A stretch of DNA of 63,771 nucleotides, filler included, from Craspedostauros australis (taxonomy: Eukaryota), in the NCBI GenBank assembly GCA_030167865.1. It is 10 parts of 10 records of this genome, joined end to end, with 100 filler letters (N's around TTAATTAATTAA, not from the genome) between each part and the next. Parts side by side here need not be neighbours in the genome. Positions count along the whole stretch, not along the records: positions 14,332 to 35,147 come from JALAGF010002094.1; 9 more parts are not named here. The stretch is one strand, 5' to 3'. The notes under the pieces were generated by a model that did no database searches, was not told the DNA's origin, and saw only the letters and a list, made by a program, of their open reading frames with translations. Position numbers and translations under genes: made by a program. Positions 20,910 through 31,197 of this stretch are shown piece by piece; position 1 is the stretch's first letter, and each line of letters begins with the position of its first letter.

Positions 20910-22274
20910 TCAAACTGAACCATTGTTGTCAATGCCACCAGTACCACCACTGGTATCACCAGCACCAATAATGCCGTCAACACCACTGCCTCCTCCTTCC
21001 TGAGCTTCCTGAGCTTTCTGACCACTCACATCGCATCTGTTGCGAAATGTCGGCTTGCAATCGGCCAAGCACGTCGATGGAATCCCGGTCCGATTCTGCA
21101 GGATGGCGCCTGCCATGGGATCATCGATCGACACCTCCACATACGTCAAGGAGGGATGCGTTAGCGCAAAGTCGCGCACCATCTGCTTATGCCAATTGTA
21201 GAAATTGGTCAGCACCGTCGTGTTGCGACCCTTGGTCATGCCGCACTGCTGCCACCGCACGGTCAGCATCCCCTTGCCCCATTTCTTGGCGCTTTTGACC
21301 CAGGCCTTCGTGTCCCTATTGAAGAGCACGATTGTGGCGTTGGGGTAGCCTTCGTAGAATTTGTCCAACGAGTAGACGGCGGGATAATAGCATTTGGTCC
21401 GTTGCTTCGTGACGATGATGCTTCCAGTGTCTGACCAGACATCGTAATCGCCGCATCCTTCCAACAATGGACGGCCGTTCTGTTCGTTGCGCATCATGCA
21501 ATGCCCGCTCTTGATAGTCGTGTTATCTGGAAGCCGGGCATACAGATGCGATGCGGTTTGCCCACCGCACAGAAAGTACCGCCACGCCGACGTCGTTCCG
21601 CTCTTTGGTAACGACGCCACGAAGATGGGTTTGGGTAGGAGGAAGGTGACGTTGCGGTGGGTTGGCAGGCGCGTCAACTTGGGCGCTTGCGTTGGTGCGT
21701 CTTCTTCCCGGCGCAATGATTCATTCGTCTTTTTCAATTTGGAAACGAAGAAGTCTCTGCGCGCTTGTTCCGATTTGGTTTTTGGGACGGGTGGTTGCTT
21801 CGCCATTGCGGTCCAATTTCGTTTGTTGATGCTGCTGATGCTGTTCACGTTGGCATTCCTCCCATCTCGTCTTGCGATGTTGCGATTGCTGGTAGATGCA
21901 TCCTTTCGTATGTGATTTTGGCTTGCGACCGTATCTTCCGCTGTCGCCGATCCTGATGTGGCACCTAACCTTGATGCGGGTGATTGTGCAGTGTGTGATC
22001 TCGCCTGTGATGGCTCATTCTGATACTCATCTCCTGCTCGCGTGCGCGCAATTGGCTGATCTTGCAATTGTATGACCGGCACCGTCGCCGTCGATTTCAA
22101 TTGTGCAAGATTGCTGAATGTCAGCACGAACACAATGATGAGGATGGCAACCTTGGGAAGATGTAGCGATTGCCGTTGTTGCTCGTGTCGTGAAGTTGTT
22201 GAAGCGGAGATGGCAGGCTGATTCGTGGCCGTTTGGAGTGGTATCGATGCTGATTGCTGCGCACCATCCATCAT
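20910..22274 (-). CDS. Type II membrane sulfotransferase-like P-loop protein
   Basis: TM segment VAILIIVFVLTF, PAPS-loop-like IFVASLPKSGTTS and YPNATIVLFNRD..WVKS. The likely start is MMDGAQQS at 22274. Confidence 0.75.
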   Translation of the reverse strand: MMDGAQQSASIPLQTATNQPAISASTTSRHEQQRQSLHLPKVAILIIVFVLTFSNLAQLKSTATVPVIQLQDQPIARTRAGDEYQNEPSQARSHTAQSPASRLGATSGSATAEDTVASQNHIRKDASTSNRNIARRDGRNANVNSISSINKRNWTAMAKQPPVPKTKSEQARRDFFVSKLKKTNESLRREEDAPTQAPKLTRLPTHRNVTFLLPKPIFVASLPKSGTTSAWRYFLCGGQTASHLYARLPDNTTIKSGHCMMRNEQNGRPLLEGCGDYDVWSDTGSIIVTKQRTKCYYPAVYSLDKFYEGYPNATIVLFNRDTKAWVKSAKKWGKGMLTVRWQQCGMTKGRNTTVLTNFYNWHKQMVRDFALTHPSLTYVEVSIDDPMAGAILQNRTGIPSTCLADCKPTFRNRCDVSGQKAQEAQEGGGSGVDGIIGAGDTSGGTGGIDNNGSV

Positions 22275-22854
22275 TCGATGCTCTGCCCTGCTCTGTTTGC
22301 TTCGCTCTGTTCGATTCTGCTTTTCCCTGCTTTGCGCAATGCTACTCTCTACTCTATCGTTGCAATGATGGCATGGATTAGCAGGCATACAATATGGCAG
22401 ATGATTGATTGATTGGTTGATTGGTTGGTTGGTTGATGGAATTGCCCACCGTTGTCTGCAGATCGGAGGTTGTTGCCGTTGTGCAGAACATGGCAACACA
22501 GTTGGTGTGTTGTTGCGGTCACAATTCGGTGACGTGTTGATGGTGTGGTCATCCATTCCTCCCTTTCCGTTTTCGCCGATCATGACGCGGAATCGAATTG
22601 TTGAAGGTTGATTCCTTCGACCACTTCAACTTCAATGAAACACCTCACAAATTCTCGTTCACGTTGATGATGGATCCAATCACAGCAGAACGTCGTGGAT
22701 ACTCACGCACGACATGTCCTGTTCGCGCAAGGTCACTCGGTGGTGGACAATTGCATCACCACACTTCCAAACACGGACTTCCCTCCTCTCCTTCCCTCTC
22801 TCCTGCTCTTCTCATTGAACTCAAATACTGCACGAGTGCAACAATCCAGCGACG

Positions 22855-23580
22855 ATGATGATCGCACTTGCATCGAAAGCCGCGCTGTGCGCCACCGTGA
22901 CCGTCCTTGGTGGGAGCTCGCTGCGCAACATCATCCAGACAAGCAGCATCATGAAGATGCACAAGGCAGCAGACGCAACTGCCGTTGGCATCATGGTTGA
23001 CACCGACGGTGCGGCGCCGCAATGCAGCATCCCACTCCTTGCGCAGTTCGAGTCGACGCAACAACAGCAATCGCCACTGTCCATCGACGAGGCGACGCGT
23101 CTGCTGCAGGCGATGAATCGCAACGATTTGCTGCATCTCTTTCTCGCGTCGCCGCCGCCCGCCACCGCAAGCGGCACATGGAACGGCCTGCTGCTGGACA
23201 ACAACGGGCCCATCATGAATCAGGTTTCCAACATCATGACGCACGTCTTGTTCGGCGGCATCCAAAAACGATGGCTGGGCAAGCGGCTGGGCGATACCAA
23301 AGGCGCCAACCGATTTGAACAGGACATTGAAAAGCACGGCTTCGATGTCACGATCGAGCCGTCGTTGATGCAACCCAACAAGGCGTCGCTGCATCTGAAA
23401 TATTCCAACTACCAGCAGCCGATATCGCTGTGGAAGACCATGGAAGATGAATTGCGCGTCGTTCCCAACACGGATGGCAAGGTCATGATCGGGATGGGAT
23501 GCCTGCATCTGACGGGCGGCATGCGCAACGCCGCGCCGTTTTGTTTGTATCAAGACGACGTCGCGGTTGTGAAGGAGTAG
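22855..23580 (+). CDS. Hypothetical protein (241 aa)
   Basis: Clean ORF with coding-like codon bias. Conserved-looking motifs are GTWNG, WLGK, GANRF and MEDELR. Confidence 0.7.
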   Translation: MMIALASKAALCATVTVLGGSSLRNIIQTSSIMKMHKAADATAVGIMVDTDGAAPQCSIPLLAQFESTQQQQSPLSIDEATRLLQAMNRNDLLHLFLASPPPATASGTWNGLLLDNNGPIMNQVSNIMTHVLFGGIQKRWLGKRLGDTKGANRFEQDIEKHGFDVTIEPSLMQPNKASLHLKYSNYQQPISLWKTMEDELRVVPNTDGKVMIGMGCLHLTGGMRNAAPFCLYQDDVAVVKE

Positions 23581-24256
23581 CGATGTGTGGCAAGGTGGAC
23601 TCGCCGGGATGTAAAGCAACCGAGTGCTGTTATGTTTTCCTTTGCTTCACGGTTCCGACCAGACCTCATTAAAAATGCCTTGGCGTTCGTCACAACATGA
23701 GAGAGTGATACAAGAATACATTAGATCAAAGTGAAACAACTCAACGCAGCAAATCGCATGATGGTCGTGTCAATCACACTCTTATCTGCGATCTCCGCAA
23801 TGTATGGCACAGTGCAGCACAGCACAGCGTAGCATCGTGGCCTCTGCCTCGTTCATTGATTGTTGAGTCAACTCGATGGTACGCTCTTGCTTCGTTGCTT
23901 CATTCCGCCACAAGTTTGCTCAATTTTGTTCCAAACCTCCGAAATCATACCTTATTTTGGACGGACACTCTCAATTGCGAATCACGAGCACGTTCAATCC
24001 CGTATTATCAAAATGACTGTTCTGTTGGCGCAGAAGAAACAGTTTTTGCGAAAGCGAATCTGAGAAATGCCAATCGTCGCAATGCGCGCCACGAATGCAC
24101 ATTCTGCACGAAAGAGCACGGAGCGGGAGATGGACGAAGATCGTCGCCAAGTTTCACAACGAGAGGCACACTTGCTGCCATCATCACAACTTGCCACAAG
24201 AAAGCGGTTCGACGAGACTGCCACTTCGCAATAGCAGCAACAACGACGCCGACAAC

Positions 24257-26748
24257 ATGAGCGACGCCGTCACCGACCACGATGAGGCGCCACGCACGAC
24301 GCGCCATCCGCCCTTCCTGTCGTCGTCCATGTGCGACATGTTCCAAACGCGATCGCATCACCAATCGGACGCCTGCGCTTTGGCCTGCTGCGGCATCTGG
24401 CTGTGGGAGCGCAACCAGTACATGATGGATGGCACGATCCCCAAGTCCTACAAGGAACGCCCGCTCGTGCTGGCCGTGGCCGTCGTCTTCGTCGGCGGCG
24501 TCGTCCTCATCAGCACCTCGCGCATCGGGGACGTGCTGCCGGACGACGTCGTGGCCTACGTGCAGCTGGGATTGTGCGTGGCCGTCGCCGTGCTGCTGTG
24601 CGGCTTTCGCAATGCCCGCTATGCGAGTCGTCGGCAGTTGGCGACGTTGCATTACACGATGTTTGAGATGACTGACGATAGCAGAAGTGGGTTGGGCGCA
24701 GCTGATGCCACCGAGCTCACGCAGATGGATCTCCTCAACGACAGGCCCTACCACGTCTTCCTGCACCGCCACAAGCAGCAGATCACCGGCGACCATGCCT
24801 GCTGCTCGTGCTACAAGAATGACCACGCCTCGTTCCCCGGCCGCGATCTCAGCAAGGACCGCGTGCATCACGATTTCTGCGCCAAACTGTGGCGGCTGCT
24901 GGCATCGATGTGCTGCGACGCGTGCTGCTCGTGCTGGTGCATGTGCTACGGCATCTGCTCCACGGCGCAGGAGCATCGTCATCTCGTCGCCATGGTCGAT
25001 ACCGCGGAATCCACCTTCGTGGAACGCTCGATGTGGCGTCGCGATTACATCACGTTTCAACCGTGGGAAGAGTACATTCCTGCGATTCAGCAGATCCGCG
25101 ATATGTGCGAACACAGCCTCGTGTCGCATATGTCCGCCATGTCCACACTTTCCAGGCGATTGCTCGCGGCGGTCTTTGCCATCGTGGCGTTCGTCTTGAT
25201 TTGGACCTTGCTTCCCTTCACGACGGTTCAATTTTGGCAGTTCTTGATCGTGAGTCGTTGTGAGGGTGTTTGTGAGAGTGCTTGTGAGGGTGTTTGTGAG
25301 GGTGTTTGTGAGGGTGTTTGTGAGGGTGTTTGTGAGGGTGTTTGTGAGGGTGTTTGTGAGGGTGTTTGCGCGCTCCTACGACTGTGCTGTCAATATGTCG
25401 TTTTGCTGCAATGTATTATACGAGTATTCGAGCGTCTTTATCCCATGTACTCGCAGTGGTGTGTGGCATTCTGATTTGCTCGCTGGCTGTTTGGGTGGTT
25501 GCCGAGAGACTCACTGATACCATACATTCATGCCTGCATTCATACATTCATACAGCCTTCCACGCAACCGGCAACACGAATGTATCCCTCACAACATCTT
25601 GTCTCCTTGCTTCCTTCCGCACTTTCGCAATCTTTCCGATCACCGAACGTGCCAAAACTCTCCAATTATTCCCAACTCCATTATTACACCGACGACAGCT
25701 CATTGCGACCCTTCTGCAACCGATCGTCATTCTGTACTTCGTGTACTGGGCCGGCAACCGATTCGACATCTCCATGGATGCCATCGTCAAGTACTTCGCT
25801 TCCGGCTTCGTCATCTGCACGAGCATGGCCTTGGTGTACGAGGTTGCGGTCAGCACCGCCTTGTCCGTCATCTTGATCGTCACGGAAATCATCGGTGCCG
25901 CGTTCTTCGAGGATGATACTGGCAACGCCCTCGATGGTTCTGCCGTGACGGGCATCTCGGAAGACATCGACAAGGACGATGATGGCTTCATCATCTTCCA
26001 AAAGATCCTCTGGGCATTCCTCAACTCCTTCCTCGTCGCCGCGCTCGTGGAAGAGATGGCCAAGCATCTCTGCTTCTGGATGGTCGAGCACCCGGATCTG
26101 CAGGACGTCTTCGATGCCAACACGATGCGTCGCAAATCCGCGACCGTCCTCTTCGAAGGAACGGATCGCAATACAAACGAGACGGACAAACCAGCCACCA
26201 CGCCTGAACCGGAATCATTGAACCGCGTCTCGAAAGGCGCCGCCATCACCATCGCCATGGTCACCGTCGCATTGGGCTTTGCGTGTTCCGAGAATCTCAT
26301 GTACATCTTCGTTTACACGCCACCGGGTGCCTCATCCGAAATCTCGACGTTGGTCGCGCGCTCCATCCTGCCGTTGCATCCCGTCTGTGCCGCCATCCAA
26401 TCCATCGGCGTGTGTCGTCGCGAATTGGAAGATACGAGCAAGCATCGCGCGACGATGGATTTCGGCAGCATTCTGTTGCCGGCCTGGTTCATCCATGGTC
26501 TCTACGATTTCGTCCTATTCGTTCTGGCCGCCGTCTATGGTGACGGCGGTGACGGCAAAAACGACGACGCGCTCGATGATGACAGCGCACCGCCAGCATT
26601 CTCCATCGCCATGGGCATCTTCCTGGCTGGGTTGGCCTACTATCAGATCTTTGCCTCGGCGCAACAACGGAGGTTGGAGCAGAAGGATGCAGGATCCAAC
26701 ATCGTCAACGAACCAACGGCGACCACGCTTTCCAATCAGGTCGTCTAA
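24257..26748 (+). CDS. PrsW-family intramembrane glutamic protease with Cys-rich PLAC8-like N-terminal region; intron 25250-25698
   Basis: PrsW motifs VEEMAK, GFACSEN, LHPVCA and IHGLYD. The N-terminal region has DACALACCG and CCDACCSCWCMCYGICSTAQEHRH (PLAC8-like C..QE.R). A phase-0 GTGAGT...ACAG intron joins QFLI/LIAT. Confidence 0.85.
25259..25367 (+). repeat. 12-bp minisatellite (TGTGAGGGTGTT), about 9 copies, inside the intron
   Basis: Directly visible just after the splice donor. Confidence 0.93.
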
Positions 26749-27055
26749 GGAAACTGTCGCGTAACCTTGATCGTACGAGTACGATAAACTGCTGGACTGC
26801 AGATAGAGTGTTGAAAATTAACTGTTAGAGATGAGTGCGATGAATCGCTGAGGGCATGGATGCGTCAACATCGGAGTATACGTACCTCTAGTGCCATTGA
26901 GTACTCTGCGCGACAAGGAGAAGTGTTGGTACAAGTGGGAAGAAGAGTATAATACTATATAGACTTAGAGTTTATGTGTGGATAGATTATGGCCTTTCGG
27001 GGTGGACTGCTCATCGCTCCGAGTGCCTACCCTGTTTCGGACGTTGCAACACAGA

Positions 27056-28291
27056 TCAAACGATTGGCCTGGAAGGAGAGTCATCTATCTCTTCCAAACG
27101 GACCTGCGACATTTCGTAGTCTGTTTGGGATGCCCCGTTGCCGCGGCTGTTGCCGTTGAAGAAGGTGAGCTTGACAGCGAACGCGGCGACGCCAGCAATG
27201 ACTAACATGACGAAGATGCCACCCGACTTCTTCGACTTGCCACCACCATCGGAGTTCTTGGCGTCACCGAGGGGTTCCGTGTCGACGCTGTCGGGATCTC
27301 CTGCCGGCGTGCCGCCGCCGCTGGAGCTCTCCAACGTGCACGCGAGGCTCATGTCGGACCAGATGGCGAGCAGGAGCTGTTCCACGGGGAAGCCGTCGCA
27401 GCTGGGCGCCATGCATTCGTACATGTGCTTCACGGTGACCTCCATGTGCTGACCGTCCTTCGTGCAATCGAAGACGTCGTTGTCAAAGCCCTGCATGATG
27501 CCGCCCGCCGTCTTGCACGCGGCAGTCAAGGCGGAGATGTCGGTCTTTGGAAAGTCCATGCCCATCTTGGTGAAAGAGACGGTGAGCTCCATGTCGTTGC
27601 CGTACTTCTCCTGGGCTGCGGCGACTGCGGGGTTGTTGTTCATGAGCGTATCCGTTTCATCCTGGCAGGTCTGCCATTTGTCGAGGACCGAGTTGCTGTT
27701 CGCGCCTATGCCGGTGCCGCCGCTGTTGCCTCCAGCGCCGGTTCCGCTGTTCGCGTTGGCGCTGCCACCGCCATCACCACCCGAAGTGGTCTCCAAAACG
27801 CATTCCAAGTCGTACCCCTTCCAGAGATCGGTGGCCTTTTGCTCGACGGGATAGCCGTCGCAACCAGAAGGGAAGCAGTCGTACAGGTTCTCGATCTCGA
27901 CCTTGACCACCGCGCCCGTACCTTTCTTCGTGCAATCAAAGACGTCGTCCTTGATGCCCAGCAGCTCGCCTCCCACGCTGGCGCAGAGGGGGCCATAGGC
28001 ATCGATGTCGGCCTGCGGCACCTTGAGGTCCAAGCCGCCATCCGTGGGCTCCATATCGAAGTCACTGATCATGTTGGTGGCGGCCTGCTGCAGCTTCGGG
28101 TTGTCCTCCAGCAGCTGCGCCACTCCGGCCTCGCACTGCTCCGTCGTGAGCTCCACGTTTGCCGCGGAGGCCGGTGCCATCATCGCTGCGGCGCACGACA
28201 GGATCATCACGAGCGGCCGGATTCTGCCCCAGGTTGGCGCTGCGATCATCGTCAATGCTGCTTCGTTCGATGGTTGGGTGGTGGCTTGCAT
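27056..28291 (-). CDS. Type I membrane/secreted protein with two copies of a Cys-rich domain of about 110 aa
   Basis: Signal-peptide-like ILSCAAAMMAPASA. Internal duplication: C..L..NP...C...GG...DVFDCTK.G......YxC....CDGxPVEQ....W....L.C.LE. Gly-rich linker and C-terminal TM. The start codon is uncertain. Confidence 0.8.
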   Translation of the reverse strand: MQATTQPSNEAALTMIAAPTWGRIRPLVMILSCAAAMMAPASAANVELTTEQCEAGVAQLLEDNPKLQQAATNMISDFDMEPTDGGLDLKVPQADIDAYGPLCASVGGELLGIKDDVFDCTKKGTGAVVKVEIENLYDCFPSGCDGYPVEQKATDLWKGYDLECVLETTSGGDGGGSANANSGTGAGGNSGGTGIGANSNSVLDKWQTCQDETDTLMNNNPAVAAAQEKYGNDMELTVSFTKMGMDFPKTDISALTAACKTAGGIMQGFDNDVFDCTKDGQHMEVTVKHMYECMAPSCDGFPVEQLLLAIWSDMSLACTLESSSGGGTPAGDPDSVDTEPLGDAKNSDGGGKSKKSGGIFVMLVIAGVAAFAVKLTFFNGNSRGNGASQTDYEMSQVRLEEIDDSPSRPIV

Positions 28292-28843
28292 GGTTGGGAT
28301 TGGGCTGTCCGGCGTTGATGTGGATCACAAGGATTGTGCGTACCTACGTATTGCGGATGTGATAGTCGCACGCTGGAGGGCTGTGTTTGTTTATGGCACC
28401 GTACAATGCCATACTGCGCCATGCTCGTCTGGTCAAAGCTGGCAAAGCGCCAGTTCGCAAACCTCGCAACCACCGGAATGGTGGTCGATCTGCCCGTCTC
28501 AAACCCGACCTGCCACGATGTCGCAAAACGGACAAACAGCAAAAGCCGTCGCAACAGCCTCGATCGAATCTTTTTGTCGTTGCTTCTGTTTGCCATGTTC
28601 TGTGCAACCAAAACACGACTGGATGGGGCGACATGCGCATCGATCGAATGAGTCTGAACTGGATATTGATTGATTAATCGGACTAATCTAACAATATGTC
28701 CAAAGTATGTCTGATCAGACATCTTGGATGGCTGTTTTCATTGTTCCACTGACGTGGTTTCGAACTGGCACAAACACAGATAGACATACAGACGCTACCA
28801 CCAACAGCATACACACAGACAGTCATGAATCAAACAAACAGCA

Positions 28844-30492
28844 ATGTACATCACGCTGGGAGACGCCGTGCTGGAGCTGGGGTATCCAATCTACATCAAC
28901 GAAACGGAGCGTGACATTTCCCTCTTCTCTCCCATCATCAGGCAGGCCTCCATCTACGAGGGACACAATGAGACAGAGGTCGATGCGGCCACTCCCAACT
29001 TGGCATATTCGTTCTTCAGCGGCACGTACAAGGCATCGGACACGGACAAACCATTCAACCGCAGACCCGTGTACTATCAGGATGGGATGAAGGGCGACTG
29101 GACGGCTGGTATGTTCTACTACTGTGAGAACGAGCAGGCATGGGTGTTCACCATCCCCACGATGCGCGACAACATTCCAGATGAATCTAGGAAGGTCTGC
29201 GAGCACGGTTGGTTGATGTAATCCCCCATCACCACTGCTGCGAGCCTGGAGGATGCCCCGCTGCAGGGATGGAACGTCTGGACGGGAGCCATCGACAAGA
29301 TGGATCTGGACATATCGTGTCATCAATGCACGCGAGATTCTGACTGCGGGCTGAAGAATGGCAGGTGCAACAGCAACTCTCGGTACTGCGAATGCGAGGA
29401 GGGCTTCATCGGCGCACACTGCAATCACGAAGTGGATCTATGTCCCGAAATGAGCTGGATTCGCTACGGATTAGATTCATCAGGGTTCAGGAGATCGTAC
29501 AGCGTCACACCTTTCCGCGACGAGGAGGCTGGTAACGAAACCCTCTTCTTGTACGACCGTCCGGCATTTTCAGCCGATCTTGATCTTGCTTCTTCGAACG
29601 CGACAGCAGTGATTCTGTACGCTGGATCCAGATGGCTGAGCGTGTTTTGGGACAGGAGCACCCTCAGACGTCTGCGACGCACGGAGACACGCCCATTACA
29701 TGCCTACTGGCACATCAATCGCAGATCCAAGCGCTTGGCATTCAGTGAGATCACGACGAGTTTCTTTCCACCCAAAAGGAATGGTTCTCCGTGCGCTCGT
29801 CCACATCCAGTGGCGCTGAGGGCGAGGTGCTGGATCAGGTATTCGGAATATACGGCGAGAGTGTCTATACTATGGAATGCACACGTCCATTGTATAGACA
29901 CGAGCCTGGGACCACCGGATTGGCTCAGGCCAAGGACCAACATCTCACCACCCACCGTGAAGTTTGCGGAAGTAATGGAGCACCAAATGAAACCTCGCAG
30001 ACGTGCCAGTGCAATGATGGGTACGCCGGCTTCAACTGCGAATTCAGCCCAAGCGATGAGTATGTGTCTCAGCAAGCGGAAGAGTTTCTCGCAGCTCACG
30101 AGCAAACAGATGACGATGATGTTCCCGAGTACAAGCAGAATGAGTTCCATCGCACTTTCTGGCCAGGCTACAACGACACAGAGCTGCATCAGGTGCTCGA
30201 CGAAGCTCTTAACGGGGAGTCCACCGATGACGACGACGATCTATTTTCGACACTATACGATATCTTCGTTGATGACGATGATGGTGGGTTTGGCTTTGGC
30301 TTTGGGTTTGGTGACAATGATGCCGATGCCGATGCTGACGCCGATGTCGATGCCGACGCCGACGCCGGCGACACTGATGGCAGCGATACCGGTGGTGGCA
30401 ATGCTGGTGGTGGTGATACGGGTGGTGGTGATACGGGTGGTGGCGACACTGGTGGCAATGATGGCATCCTCGACGATTTCTTTGGCCTGTAG
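28844..30492 (+). pseudogene. Disrupted EGF-like/Cys-rich protein gene with Asp/Gly-rich tail
   Basis: In-frame TAA at 29219-29221; the frame continues into ORF 29300. A frameshift near 29775 (CCCAAAAGG) leads into ORF 29791. EGF-like motifs are CECEEGFIGAHC and CQCNDGYAGFNC. Confidence 0.65.
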
Positions 30493-31197
30493 GGGATGGA
30501 CTCACCGACATGGGGGAGGCAAGTCAAACTCTTCAGGGTTCGACTACGAGCATGGCACAGATAAATTAGTTGCACAACAAACTGCGAATAATAGTAGTAG
30601 TGCATTTAGCTTGATTCTGATGAGTACAAGCTATGTAGGCAGCACGTAACACCCATCTGACCCTTCTGGATGAGGTCTCGAGCACTCTCTCTAGAGAGTG
30701 GATCGTATAGTAGCATGATCAAATCATAGCCTACGCTAATAGAAGGAGTCTAGAATTATCTTTGGCGTTTCGCCGATTCTCCCTTTTCAACGACGAGCGA
30801 AGACGCCAACGCGAAAGATAACAGTTGTTCGCGCAGAAGACGCCAACCCGAAATATAACAGTTGTTCGTGGCAGTTCGGTTAATTGCGACACAATCGTGT
30901 CTCACTTGCCGTGCTTCTTCGTGCAGTACTCTGCGCGAATTGTTCGTTCACATGAGGTGCGCCAACAAAGCGAGAAACGCCGTGGGCGGACAACAAAACC
31001 GTATCATCGCCACGAAGTTTAACCGCCACGCCTCCACTATTGCCACCTTCGCCCCACACCTCACATCTCGGATCACTGTTCCAGGCGTACATTGGTCGTG
31101 CTGCAGCACAACAGCGCTTGAAGTCGGGAGTGAAGTCCAGGGTTCCGAATCAGGATCCAACTTCCACACGCACCACACACCACCGACGAACATCGAA

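Noticed and set aside
29219..29221. In-frame TAA here and TAG at 50042 as stop-codon reassignment
   Set aside because: Intact genes in the window end at TAA or TAG (HSP90, PrsW, ORF 22855-23580), and long ORFs lack internal TAR codons. Point mutation or sequencing error is simpler.
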